From positions 43,214,001 to 43,278,000 of the forward strand of contig NC_043015.1 in assembly GCF_006345805.1 (NCBI RefSeq): 64,000 nucleotides of DNA, read 5' to 3'. The DNA is from Octopus sinensis (lineage: Eukaryota). Under the pieces are notes generated by a model. That model saw nothing but the letters and a program-made list of their open reading frames with translations. It did not search any database and had not been told where the DNA came from. The position numbers and the translations under genes were made by a program. Positions 1-12,629 of the stretch are shown one piece after another; position 1 is the stretch's first letter, and each line of letters begins with the position of its first letter.

Positions 1-71
1 ATAGATAGATAGATTGATAGATAGATAGACAGAGAGAGAGAGCTAGATAGGTAGATAGATAGAGAGGTAGA

Positions 72-115
<44 letters not shown>

Positions 116-126
116 TAGACAGACAA

Positions 127-163
<37 letters not shown>

Positions 164-240
164 CAGAGAGAGAGCTAGATAGGTAGATAGATAGACAGAG
201 AGAGAGAGCTAGATAGATAGATAGATAGATAGATAGATGG
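1..240. repeat. (GATA/GACA/GA)n microsatellite
   Basis: Directly visible tetra/dinucleotide tract. Confidence 0.95.
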
Positions 241-474
241 AGCTACTTATTGTAAGAAATCGAAAGGAGAAAAGAGAAATTTATTTAAGAGGTGAGACAG
301 GATGGAAGTGAAAGTATACGGATAGAGATATAGAAAGTAAACGAACGATGTATAAACAGAAAAAGATGAGGAGAGAGAGAGAGAGAGGTGTTAGACTGAA
401 AGTGTTGGCACGATATAGGTGTACGAGTATAAGAAAGATATAAACACAATGGTAGACGGAACGATAGAGATAAT

Positions 475-487
475 AATAGAAATAATG

Positions 488-523
<36 letters not shown>

Positions 524-579
524 TAATAATGATAATAATAATGATAATAATAATGATGATAATAATAATAATAATAATA

Positions 580-614
<35 letters not shown>

Positions 615-676
615 AGTGATGATGATGATGATAGTGATGATGATGATGATAATAATGATAATAATAATAATAATAA

Positions 677-707
<31 letters not shown>

Positions 708-810
708 GTGATGAAGAAGAAGAAGAAGAAGGTGATGATGATGAAGAAGAAGAGAAGAAGAAGAAGAAGAAGGTGATGAAGAAGAAGAAGAAGAAGAAGA
801 AGAAGAATTT
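475..810. repeat. Compound (AAT)n-(GAT)n-(GAA)n microsatellite
   Basis: Directly visible; accounts for the poly-I/poly-S ORFs in the track. Confidence 0.95.
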
Positions 811-975
811 TGGCACAAAGCCAGTAATTCTAAGGGAAGTAGTCGATCACATCGACTTTAGTATTTGATTGGTATTTTATTTTATTGAGCCCCCGAAAGG
901 ATGGAAGGCAAAGTTTGTCTTCGGCGGAATTTGAACTCGAAACGAAACGAGCCTCGAGAAATGAATGTAGTGCTG
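806..975 (-). mobile_element. SINE family A (tRNA-like head, core GAGGTCGACTTTGCCTTTCATCCTTTCGGGGTCGATAAA), partial degenerate copy
   Basis: Matches about 20 other copies in the window; B-box-like GAGTTCAAATTCC on the minus strand. Core resembles the Meta-SINE domain as I recall it (unverified). Confidence 0.75.
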
Positions 976-1711
976 AACAGGAGCAAAAGTAGAAGAAATT
1001 GAAAAGTAAATATGTTTGTAGTGATAATAATAAGATACATCGGAAGAGAGAGAGAGATGGTTTGAAAGACAGACAGGAAGATGGTAAGAGAGAGAGAGAG
1101 AGAGAGGAAAACACACTCGAGGAATGACAGAAAAGTCAGGCAGAGAGGAGATAAATAAATTCACGGTGTGAGGGTGATAAATAGATAGACAGATAGATAG
1201 ACAGAGAATGATAGCTAGAGAAAGAGAGAGACAGACAGACAAAGGAAAGTAGGAGAGAAGCTTTTTTGCAAATGCTTCTTGTACTGAGCAAGCGCTATCA
1301 GTTCTCTCTCTCTCTTTCTCTTTCTTCAGTTCTTCCTTTTTCTCTTTCTCTCATTCTTTCTTGCAACTGGAATGTGCATTCTTAAACAACAACCTACCTT
1401 ATATGATTTGTTGTGCCGATGGCTTGCTTAAAGTTCGTTTCTTGCCTATTTTTCTTAGTCTGATTATTGGGATTAAGAGAGGGAAGCTACCTCTGATTTC
1501 TTCACTTTTTTTTCTTTTTCTTTCTGAATGAAGACAAAAAAAAAATGGTATTTCGGGCCGCAGGTGATATATTTACATATAATTGTAATAGTATGCGTTT
1601 ATTTAACTCTCGTACACGTTTTCCGCTATTTTAGTCAATTGCTATGTTTGAATAACTGGCTCCAAGCATCAAATTGGGTATGTCAGTATACCCTAAATAA
1701 TAATAATAATA

Positions 1712-2160
1712 ATCCTTTCTACCATAGGCACAAGGCCTGAAATTTTGTGAGAAGGGTATAGTCGATTGCATCAACCCTAGTTCTTGACTGATATTTATTT
1801 TACCGACCCCGAAAGGCAAAGTCGACCTAGACAGCATTTGAACTCGGAATGTCAAGAGCCGGAAGCAGGGCTACTAAACATTTTTCCGGCTTGCTAACAA
1901 TTTACCAGTTCGCCACCTTATCGCTTTACATAATCTTTTCTATTCTAGGCACAGGCCCGAAATTTTTGTGGAGAGGGCCAGTCGATTAGATCGACTCCAG
2001 TACGCAACTGGTACTTAATTTATCAACCCCGAAAGGATAAAAGGCAAAGTCGACCTCGGTGGAATTTGAACTCAGAACGTCAAGAGCCGGAAGAAATGCT
2101 ACTAAATATTTTTCCGGCTTGCTAAGAATTCTACCGGTTCGCCACCTTATCGCTCTTCAT
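1712..2160 (-). mobile_element. Two adjacent SINE family A copies
   Basis: Two copies of GGCACAAGGCC...GTCGACCTCGG...GAATTTGAACTC...GCTAAC...CCAGTTCGCCACCTTA next to (AAT)n. Confidence 0.85.
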
Positions 2161-2269
2161 AATAATGATAATCCTTTCCACAACAGACACAAAAAATTCT
2201 ACAATAGACACTGAAATTTAGAGGGACGTGGGGTGGATTATATCAACTCCAGTGCCATTTAAGCATTAT

Positions 2270-2505
2270 GTCAGGTGTATGTTTCGTAGACGGAAACTGA
2301 AAGAAGCTCGTCGTATATATGTGTATATATATGTGTGTGTGTCTGTGTTTGTCGCCCCCCCCCCCAACATCGCTTGGCAACCGATGCTGGTGTGTTTACG
2401 TCCCCGTAACTTAGCAGTTCAGCAAAAAAAGACCGATAGAATACGTATTAGGCTTACAAAGAATAAGTCCTGGGTGTCGATTTGCTCGACTAAAGCTCGT
2501 CGCCT
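2270..2505 (+). mobile_element. SINE family B, 3' part
   Basis: GTAGACGGAAACTGAAAGAAG...CAACATCGCTTGGCAACCGATGCTGG...GCTTACAAAGAATAAGTCC, shared with more than 15 copies. Confidence 0.85.
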
Positions 2506-2534
2506 TTTCGACAGAATTTAATAATAATAATGAA

Positions 2535-3110
2535 AATGGTTTCTAATTTTGGCACAAGGCTGGCAGGTTTGTTGAAGGGGCTTAGTCGATTACATCGACC
2601 CCAGTGTTCAACTGGTCCTTATTTTATCGACCCGGAAAGGATAAAAGGCAATGTCAACCTCGGCGGAGTTTGAACTCAGAACATAACCACGGACGAAATG
2701 CCGCTGTGCATTTTTGCCCGGCGTGCTAACGATTCTGCCAGCTAGGCGCTATACCTGAATTTGGGATCGGTGGTGTTAAGATAGGGGCTAGTCGATTACA
2801 TAGACCCTAGTACTCAACTGGTACTTATTTTATCGACCCCCGAAAGAATGATAGGAGAAGTCAACTTCGATGGAATTTGATTGATGATAATAATTAATAT
2901 ACAATTAAGGCGGCGAGCTGGCAGAAACGTTAGTAAGCCGACGTTCTGAGTTCAAATTCCGCCGAGGTCGACTTTGCCTTTCATCCTTTCGGGGTCAACA
3001 AATTAAGTACCAGTTACGCACTGGAGTCGATGAAATCGACTTAATCCGTTTGTCTGTCCTTGTTTGTTCCCTCTGTGTTTAGCCCCTTGTGGGTAGTAAA
3101 GAAATAGATA
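2535..3110. mobile_element. Cluster of three SINE family A copies (two minus, one plus with internal head deletion)
   Basis: Same core; the plus copy begins AAGGCGGCGAGCTGGCAGAAACG near 2906. Confidence 0.8.
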
Positions 3111-4004
3111 ATAATTAATATACGCGAGCAGTGTTGATAGATAGAGCCTGTGTTAAAAGTACGCGATGTCAGAAACTTTAATTCAATGATTGGGGTAGCT
3201 TCAGTTAAAAAAAAAAAAAAAAGAGAAGAAAAAGAAGACTATTTGTATTTTTTATTATATTCTGTGGTGAAATTCGTTAGACCACAACACGGCAACGAAC
3301 CATCGTGGGAATCACTGCTGGTTTCGACCGGTTAGGAACACCAGCTGAATTTCTCTTTTCTTATACACTACCAGACGGAGTTTCGGAATAGCTATCACTA
3401 TTTCATGGGGGAAGGAAAAAGGTACGGAAGTAAGAGGGAAGTGGGGGACAAAAAAAAAAGAGAAAAGCGAAAAAGGATTGAAATTTTGTAGGGGCAAAAT
3501 TTTGTTTAGAATCCTAATTTCTGTTGCATGAAACAAGAATACTAAAATAAATAAAGGGGGAAAACTCCCAATTCTTTGTCCCTTTTTGTATCCCTATGAG
3601 GTAATGGTAGCTCTCCTGAAACTCAGCTCCCTACTTTTTTATCCTTTACCATTTTACTTGTTTCGGCCATTAGACTGCGGCCATGCTGGGGCACCGCCTT
3701 GAAGAATTTTAGGCGAACAAATCGATCCCAGTACTTTTTTTTTGGCGGGGTTAAAGAATACGTACACCACCCGTTTTCGCCTTTTTTTCTCTTTTCGCCT
3801 GGTACTTATTCTATCGACGGTTTTTGCTGAACCGTTAAGTTACAGAGATGCAAACACACCAGTGGACAAGCGGTGGAGGGGTAACAAAAATTAAGAACAG
3901 AGACACACATCATCATCGTCATCGTCATCATCATCCTTTTGCTTCCACTTTCTATGCTAGCATAAATAAAACGGTTTGACTGGAGCTTGTAAGCTGGAGA
4001 TCTG

Positions 4005-4095
4005 CACCAGGTATATATCAGCCGAAACGTTGTGTTGATAACAAACAAGATGAGGACAAATATCTGTCGAATGTAAATAATGTAAATGATGTACA
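4005..4095 (+). mobile_element. 3' half of the hammerhead-bearing SINE (compare 32350-32575)
   Basis: GGTATATATCAGCCGAAACGTTGTGTT...AACAAACAAGATGAGGACAAATATC matches 32535-32575 and the minus-strand copy at about 7660-7765. Confidence 0.75.
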
Positions 4096-4104
4096 TAATT
4101 CCTC

Positions 4105-4275
4105 ATAGGCACAAGAGTGGCTGCGTGGTAAGTAGCTTGCTTACCATCCACATGATTCCAGGTTCAGTCCCACTGCGTGGAGCTTTGGGCAAGTGTCTTC
4201 TACTATAGCCACAGGGCCGACCAAAGCCTTGTGAGTGGATTTGGTAGACAGAAACTGAAAGAAGCTCGTCGTATA
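4105..4275 (+). mobile_element. SINE family B head and CORE-like domain
   Basis: A-box-like TGGCTGCGTGG, B-box-like GGTTCAGTCCC, then GGGCAAGTGTCTTCTACTATAGCC. Confidence 0.85.
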
Positions 4276-4282
4276 TACGTAT

Positions 4283-4950
4283 CATCATCATCATCGTTTA
4301 ACGTCCGCTTTCCATGCTAGCATGGGTTGGACGGTTCAACTGGGGTCTGGGAAGCCCGAAGACTGCACCAGGCCAGTCAGATCTGGCAGTGTTTCTACAC
4401 CTAGATGCCCTTCCTAACGCCAACCACTCCGTGAGTGTAGTGGGTGCTTTTTATGTGCCAACGACACAGGTGCCAGACGAGGCTGGCGAACGGCCACGCT
4501 CGGATGGTGTTTTTTATGTGCCACCAGCACGAAGGCTAGTCAATGCGATACTGGCTACGGCCACGTTCGGATGGTTTTCTTATGTGCCACCGGCACTGGT
4601 ACCACAAAACTACAAATTCCATTGATGTTCATCGATTTTGATTTGATTCTTTGATTTTTGATTTTCGATTTTCACTTGCCTCAACAGGTCTCCACAAGTA
4701 GAGTTATGTGTTCCAAGAAGGAAGGTATGCACAGGTGGACTGACTACGTCCCAGGTAGGGGCCATGGGTTATGGCTTCACTTGTCCTGCCAGGTCTTCTC
4801 GCACACAGCATACTTCCAAAGGTCTCGGTCTCTGGTCATTTCCTCAGTGAGACCTAAAGAGCGAAGGTCATTCTTCACCACCTCGTCCCAGGTTTTCCTG
4901 GGTCTACCTCTTCCACAGGTTCCCTCAACCGCTAGGGTGTGGCACTTTTT
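4283..4950 (-). mobile_element. RTE-clade LINE 3' end (ORF C-terminus, 3' UTR, (GAT)n tail)
   Basis: Minus frame ending at 4777 reads VKKCHTLAVEGTCGRGRPRKTWDEVVKNDLRSLGLTEEMTRDRDLWKYAV, the typical RTE C-terminal GRP..W...V..D...DR..W pattern; tail at about 4283-4297. Confidence 0.85.
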
Positions 4951-5744
4951 CACATATATATATATGTATGTTTGTGTGTCTGTGTTTGTTCCCCCAACAT
5001 CGCTTAACAACCGATGCTGGTGTGTTTACGTCAATCGTAACTTAGCAGTTCGGCAAAAAGAGACCGATAAGAATAAGTAACTAGGCTTACAAAAAGAATA
5101 AGTCCGGGGGGGGGGGGAGTCGATTTGCTCGACTAAAGGCGGTGCTCCAGCATGGCCACAGCCAAATGACTGAAACAAGTAAAAGAGCAAAAGAGTAAAA
5201 GAGTATTACTTCAACAACATTGAAAGATCAAAATTTATAAAAGCATCGATTTTACTGTGGGTGATACAATGACTGAAAGATTCAAACATAGCGAAAATAG
5301 ATAATAAATAACAGACATTGAAATTCCAATACCGTTATGATTTTATTGCATTTGGCTTTCAGTACGTCATCCTTTAACTTAATTACTAAAATTTTATGCG
5401 ATTGGTTTCTTTGAGCCATTCCCCTTAGTTCTTGTTATTTTTAATTATACAAATTACCCTTGGCTAAAAATAAGTGTGGCTCTTTTATACGTTTTGTATG
5501 TTTAAAAATTGTATTTACTAATCTTCAGGCTCCATTAGGCTGCGTTTTACTGATGAGGTCAAAAGGAAGCACGAAATATGTGAGCATTGTTGTCGCTTGC
5601 TTGCAAACAAAGATCAGACTGTCCTTTCTTTAAAAGCAGATCATTAAATCGAGATATCTGTTTGTGTATTATATACACATGCATGTGTGTGTTGCGTGTG
5701 TGTGTGTGAATATATAATGTGTGTGAATATATAATCACTTTTTA

Positions 5745-6145
5745 TTTGTTTCAGTCGTTTGACTGCGACCATGCTGGAGCGCTGCCTTTTAGTCGAAAAA
5801 ATCGACCCCAGGACTTATTCTTTGTAAGCCTTGTATTTATTCTATCAGTCTCTTTTGCCGAACTGCTAAGTTACAGGTATGTAGACACGCAAACATCATT
5901 TGTCGAGTGATGGTCGTGGGGACAAACACAGACACACAAACATATACACATATACAAACACTCACACACACACACACATATATATATGACAGGCTTCTTT
6001 CAGTTTCCGTCCACTAGATCCACTCTCAAGGCTTTGGTCGGCCTGCGGCTATAGTAGAAGACACTTGCCTAAGCTGTCACCTAGTGAGACTGAACCCAGA
6101 ACCATGTGGTTGGTAAAGCAAGCTACTTACCACACAGCCACTCCT
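5745..6145 (-). mobile_element. SINE family B, near full length
   Basis: Head, CORE-like domain, internal (CA/TA)n and tail ...CTCCAGCATGGTCGCAGTCAAACGACTGAAACAAA. Confidence 0.85.
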
Positions 6146-6169
6146 ATATATATATATATATAAATATAT

Positions 6170-6500
6170 CGCCTTACTGGCATGTGAAAAAACATTCAAG
6201 TGAGGTCGTTGCCAGTGCCACTGGACTGGCTCCTGTGCAGGTGGCACATAAAAAGCACCATTTGAGTGGGGCCATTGCCAGTACCCACTGACTGGCCCTC
6301 GTGCCGGTGGCACGTAAAAGCACCCTCTACACTCTCAGAGTGGCTGGCATTAGGGAAGGCATCCAGCTGTAGAAACTCTGCCAGATCAGATTAGAGTCTA
6401 GTGCAGCCATCTGGTTCGCCAGACCTCACCCAAATCGTCCAACCCATGCTAGCATGGAAAGCGGACATTAAGCAATGATGATGATGATGATGAAGATGAT
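6170..6500 (+). mobile_element. RTE-type 3' UTR fragment with (GAT)n tail
   Basis: GGCATCCAGCTGTAGAAAC...CCAACCCATGCTAGCATGGAAAGCGGAC followed by (GAT)n; homologous to 4283-4600. Confidence 0.8.
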
Positions 6501-6760
6501 GAAATATATATACATAACATACATACATACACACACACACACAACAGTATGGCTGAATGGTTAACAAATTTGCTTTCCAGCCATATGATTTTAGGTTCAG
6601 TCCCACTGTGTGACACCTTGGGCAAATATCTTCTACTATGGTCCAGGACTGACCAAATCTTTGGGAGTAGATTTGGCAAACAGAAACTGCAAGAGGCCCA
6701 TTCTGTGCATGTATATAAATGTATGTGTGTATGTATATGTCTATAAATATATATGTGTGT

Positions 6761-7290
6761 GCTTGTATATAAATATATATGTGTGTATGTTTGTGTGGGT
6801 GTGTGTATGTATACATATATGTGTGTATATAAATGTGTATAAATATATATATGTATACATGTATATAAATACATATATGTGTGTGTTTGTGTGGATGTGT
6901 GTATGTATACATATATGTGTGTATATAAATGTGTATAAATATATATGTATGCTTGTATATAAATATATACATGTGTATGTTTGTGTGGGTATGTGTATGT
7001 ATTCATATATGTGTGTATATAAATGTGTATAAATATATATATGTATACATGTATATAAATACATATATGTGTGTGTTTGTGTGGATGTGTGTATGTATAC
7101 ATATATGTGTGTATATAAATGTGTATAAATATATATGTATGCTTGTATATAAATATACATGTGTATGTTTGTGTGGGTATGTGTATGTATTCATATATGT
7201 GTGTATATAAATGTGTATAAATATATATATGTATACATGTAATTAAATGCATATATGTGTGTGTTTGTGTGGATGTGGGTTGTAACATAA
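6761..7290. repeat. 190-bp higher-order minisatellite (two ~95-bp TA/TG-rich subunits)
   Basis: GCTTGTATATAAATA recurs at 6761, 6951 and 7141. Confidence 0.85.
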
Positions 7291-7764
7291 TCACTGTATA
7301 TAAATGTGTATAAAATTATGAGGTATGCCTGTATAATATGAGGGTTGTGGTATATGTGTATGTCTCCTCTTCATATTGTATAATGGTTGTAAAAAAACTC
7401 ACTGTCATACAAGCAGTGTCATCCATTTTCAATATCCAGTGAGAAATATTGCCTTGCTTTTGGAATCAGGTGAGGGTTGGAAACTGGAATGCATCCAGCC
7501 ATAGAAGATCTGCCTCAGTAAGCACTGTTTGATCCATGCAAGGATAGAAAAGTGGACATTGAAATGAAGATGACGATGATGACAATAACAATGATGACGA
7601 AAATGAGGAGGAGGATATATTCTGTGGCTGAGATCCAATAAACTACCAAAATAACTAATAAGGAAAATATCTTATTTACATTATTTATATCTGACGGGTA
7701 TTTGTCCTCATCTTGTTTGTTGTTAACACTCCAGCCTTTATCAGGCATCTTGGGGAAATTTCGA

Positions 7765-8520
7765 CTGGGGTCGATGTAATCGACTTAATCCGTTTGTCTG
7801 TCCTTGTTTGTCCCCCCCTCTATGTTTAGCCCCTTGTGGGTAATAAAGAAACAGGTATTTCGTACGTCTTTACGTTCTGAGTTCAAATTCCGCCGAGGTC
7901 GCCTTTGCCTTTCATCCTTTCGGGATCGATAAATTAAGTACCAGCTACACACTGGGGTCGATGTAATCGACTTAATCCGTTTGTCTGTCCTTGTTTGCCC
8001 CCCTCTATGTTTAGCCCCTTGTGGGTAATAAAGAAACAGGTATTTCGTACGTCTTTACGTTCTGAGTTCAAATTCCGCCGAGGTCGCCTTTGCCTTTCAT
8101 CCTTTCGGGATCGATAAATTAAGTACCAGCTACACACTGGGGTCGATGTAATCGACTTAATCCGTTTGTCTGTCCTTGTTTGTCCCCCTCTATGTTTAGC
8201 CCCTTGTGGGTAATAAAGAAACAGGTATTTCGTACGTCTTTACGTTCTGAGTTCAAATTCCGCCGAGGTCGCCTTTGCCTTTCATCCTTTCGGGATCGAT
8301 AAATTAAGTACCAGCTACACACTGGGGTCGATGTAATCGACTTAATCCATTTGTCTGTCCTTCTATTTCATCTGCTTTTATGTTCTGAGTTCAAATTCTT
8401 CCAAGATTGACTTTGCTTTTCATCCTTTCGGGGTTGATAAATTAAGCACCAGTTGCATACTGGGGTCAATCTAATCAACTGGCCCCCTCCCTAAAAAAAT
8501 CATCTCTTGTGCCTAGAGTA
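7765..8520 (+). repeat. Head-to-tail array of headless SINE-A units (three units of 185-187 bp plus a terminal unit)
   Basis: CTGGGGTCGATG recurs at 7765, 7952, 8137 and 8322; units share private variants. Confidence 0.9.
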
Positions 8521-9004
8521 GAAAAAAATAATAATCCTTTCTATTATAGGCACAAGGCCTGAAATTTTGGGTCAGAAGCTAGTCAATTACATTGACCCAG
8601 TGCATGACTGGTACTTATTTTATCGACCCCATATAGATGGATGAAAGGCCACTAAGCATTTTGCCTAGCTTACCTTGGAACAGGGCCAGCTATGTTGACC
8701 AGATTGATCTCAGTGCTCAACTGGTACTCATTTTATCAACCCCCCCCTAAAGATGGACCCCTTAAAGGTGGACAAAACACTGCTAAGCATTTTGCCCAGT
8801 TTGCCTTGGGACAAGGCCAGCAAGTTTGTGGGAGTGGCTAAGTTGATTAGATGGATCTCTGTGCTCAACTGGTACTCATTTGGTTGACCCTGAGAGGATG
8901 AAAGGCAAATTATATCTCAATGGAATTTGAACTTAGAACATAAAATAGTCGAAACACCACTAAGATTGTTTTGTCTAGTTTGCTAATGGTTCTGCCAGTT
9001 CAAT

Positions 9005-9035
<31 letters not shown>

Positions 9036-9120
9036 TAATAATAATAATGAAAATAATAATAATAATAATAATAATGAAAATAATAATAATAATAATAATA
9101 ATGAAAATAATAATAATGAA

Positions 9121-9159
<39 letters not shown>

Positions 9160-9305
9160 TAATAATAGTACAACACAAAAAACAACCAAATATATGGCAC
9201 ACTAGGCATAACAACAACGTGAACTTCCAACCTGTTGTCTCTTGAGGTCTCCGGGTGAGACTTGGAACCAACTTGTACAAATATAAAGCAAAAGTCAAAC
9301 ATATA
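9160..9305 (+). mobile_element. Possible 3' end of an R4/Dong-like element within (AAT)n
   Basis: TCTCTTGAGGTCTCCGGGTGAGACTTGGA followed by an (AAT)n tail, with (AAT)n also upstream; family assignment from memory only. Confidence 0.3.
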
Positions 9306-9334
9306 ATAATAATAATAATAATGCTTTCAAATTT

Positions 9335-9800
9335 TATGGTGGTGAGCTGGCAGAAATGTTAGAACACCGGGCAAAATGCTTAGTGGTATTTCGTCTGTTT
9401 TTACATTCTGAGTTTAAATTCCGCCGAGGTCGACTTTGCCTTTCATCCTTTTGAGGTCAATAAATCAAGTACCAGTTGCATACTATGGTCGATCTAATTG
9501 ACTGGCCTCTTCCCAAAAAATTTCGGGCCTTGTGCCCAGAGTAGAAACGAACGAATGCTTTCAAATTTTGGCACAAGGCCAGCAATTTCGGGGAAAGTGA
9601 TAAGTCAATACATTGACCCCCAATGCACAGCTGGTACTTATTTCATCGACCTCCGAAAGGAAGAACAACAAAGTCGACCTCAGTGAAATTTGAACTCAAA
9701 ATGTAAAAACAGATAATATGCCACTAACTTAAAAATGGTGCTCCAGCATGGCTGCAGTCACATGACTGAAAAAATAAGCATTTTACCTGGCATATTAATG
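9335..9800. mobile_element. Two SINE-A copies tail-to-tail
   Basis: Plus copy about 9335-9545, minus copy about 9560-9800. Confidence 0.8.
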
Positions 9801-11281
9801 ATTCCGCCAGGTGGCTTATTGTATGGTAATTATAATAACAATTGTTATTAAGATAGTGTGCTCGCTGTCTTAATTAATGGTATATTGAACAAAATACTTA
9901 ATGGTGTTCCTTCCTTTGTTCTGCTTTCTTCTGTGGTGCAAATATGTCTGGTCATGGGGAACTATTACATTGCTTGAAAAACGAGTGAGGGTGGGTGACA
10001 GGTAGAGCATCCAGCCGTGAAAGAAAAAAACGAAAGATCACCCTGTACAAAAAGCCCATCTGACCCACATCAGCACAAAAGTTGTGTAGACATTAAATTG
10101 ATGTTGTTGTTGCTGCTGATGCTGTTGCTGCTGCTGCTGCTGGTGGTGATGATGATGATGAGGAGGAGGATGAGGAGGATGAGGAGGATGAGGAGGATGT
10201 GATGACGATGATGGTGATGATGATGGTGGTGGTGATAGTGATGATGATGATAATGATGGTGATGATGATGATGATAGTGATGGTGATGGTGATGATGATT
10301 GCATTCCATTACATTTTATCATTTACCTATTCATTTATTGCATTTTTGTTTGCTTTTTATTTAGTTTTTTTTTTTTTGTTAAAAAAAAAATTCTTCGCTT
10401 TTAGAATTCTCGAAATCTAATTCGGCAAGGTCTGAAGAGTATTCACAGGCAGGGTTGGGTGGGATGGGGGATTTAGGGGTGCTTGGGGTGGTGGTGGGCA
10501 GGAGTGGATCGGGGAGATCTAAGGTTACCACCGTATGTGCTAACTTTATTACATATCTTGTTTTGCCATTAGAACAAATTTCGGAGCAAATTTTCTCCCA
10601 ATCATTTGCATTCTCACGCTTGGAAATGCTTGCAATGTTCTCTCTAGAGCAAATCAACAGAAGTGTAGCAGGTAGGTACGTAGGTAAGTAAGTAGCAGCA
10701 GCAGCAGCAGTAGCAGCAGCAGTAGTAATAGTAGTAGTAGTAGTAGTAGTAGTAGTAGCAGTAGCAGTAGTGTTGTTGGTCTTTAATAAAATCAACAAAT
10801 ATAATTGTTTGCAAGTTTTATTTGGATTCATATCAAAGATATTTTGCCAAATTGTCTAACCACATTAAGTAATGCAATCAACATTCATTTTTTTCATTTC
10901 ATTATATTATATTATATTGTCTTTCAAGTTATTATTATTATTTTTTTTTTGTTTTTAATATAAAACAAGAACAACAACAACAACAACAGCAACGGCAACA
11001 ATCACAACAACCGCGATAATAACAATAGTAATAATTATAATAATGATAATAATTAATAATGGTAATGATGATCCTTTCTGTTAAAGGCACAAGGCCTGAA
11101 ATTTTGGGGGTGAAGAAATAAGTTGATTACATTGATCAACTGGTACTTATTTCATTGATTCCCCCAGAAGAATGAAAGGCAGAGTTGACATCGGTGGAAT
11201 TTGAACTCAGAACGTAAAGATGGTTGAAATTACGCTAAGCATTTTACCCTGTGTGCTTAATGATTTTGCTTGCTCATTACC

Positions 11282-11318
<37 letters not shown>

Positions 11319-11454
11319 TGATGATGATGATAATGATAATAATAACAATAATAATAATAATGATGATAATAATAATAATAAAAATAATGATAATAATGAT
11401 GATGATAATAATAATAATAATAATAACAATAATAATGATAATAATAATAATAAT

Positions 11455-12011
11455 ATGCCCTGATGCAGTACCAGGCAGTGGCTCATATGGCTTCTGATCT
11501 TAACTGATTGGAAGTGTTATCATGTACATTGTTTTGTCTTGGTATAAAAGATGGGCTACAGCAAATATTCTGCTCAATACCACAGATTTACTTGTTAGTT
11601 GTTTGACCTTAACCAGTTGAGCATGTCCCTTAGTGGCTGACGATATGTGCATCTCTGATCACGAGCAGAAGTATTGGGGGAGCATCATAGCCATGTGTTG
11701 AGAGGGATTCTTTGGGGTTTGAATAATACACCTCTGGAAACATGGGTGTTTCGTTCAACATTCTTAAATAATCCTTACTCAGGGACCTTTTGAGCAGGAT
11801 GGGCTACTCGACCAGAAGAAAATTCTAACTGGGTCCCACCTGCAAGGTCATGTGCTGTTTATCTTGATATGAGATCACCATGTCACGCACATATGGTTGT
11901 GATGCATGTGCTGGTGTACCCTTATCAGATGAGTGGTCATGACGGGTATACTGGGCTTCGTATATTTGTACCCCAGTGTCACTTTGATGGCATACACTGC
12001 TCTCTCACTCA
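11455..12011 (+). mobile_element. Family D: ~555-bp non-coding retroposon embedded in (AAT)n
   Basis: Collinear, in reverse complement, with 45323-45877 including both ends; 60337-60431 keeps only the ...CTCTCTCACTC end. Confidence 0.8.
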
Positions 12012-12359
12012 ATAATAATAAAATAATAATAATAATGATAATAATGATCCTCTCTACAAGGCCTCAAATTTGTGGGGAGGGGACTAGTCAGTTACATTGA
12101 GCCCAGTATGCAACTGGTACATAATTTATTGACTCCGAAAGGATGAAAGACAAAGTTGGCCTCTGTGGAATTTGAACTCTAAGCTTAAAGATCTGGAAGA
12201 AATGTTGCCAATTGTTTTGTCCAATGAGGTGCCGATTCTGCCAGCTCACTGCTTTAATAATTGTAATAATAATGGTAATAATGATAATAATAATATAATA
12301 ATAATAATAATAATCTTTCTACTAAAGGCACAAGGCTTGAAATTTGGGGGGATTGATAG

Positions 12360-12402
<43 letters not shown>

Positions 12403-12486
12403 TGCTTACATACATGCATACAAACATACACACATCAAAGAAAACATACAAATCTGCAGATATACATACATGCTTGCATACATTCA

Positions 12487-12518
<32 letters not shown>

Positions 12519-12529
12519 CAGATAGATTA

Positions 12530-12571
<42 letters not shown>

Positions 12572-12629
12572 TGACAGACAGACAGACAGATAGATAGATA
12601 AACACACAAACAGACAGACAGATAGATAT

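Noticed and set aside
285-818. Long low-complexity ORFs (poly-S/I/Y/H/D/V, YLSI, MYVC) here and throughout the window
   Set aside because: They are translations of di-, tri- and tetranucleotide microsatellites and are open in several frames and strands at once.
5545-5590. CTGATGAG...CACGAAAT motif
   Set aside because: Stem II has only 2 bp, there is no stem I and no NUH site.
7765-8345. Regular ~185-bp repeats suggestive of a CRISPR-like or satellite array
   Set aside because: Units are near-identical along their whole length with no unique spacers and are SINE-derived.
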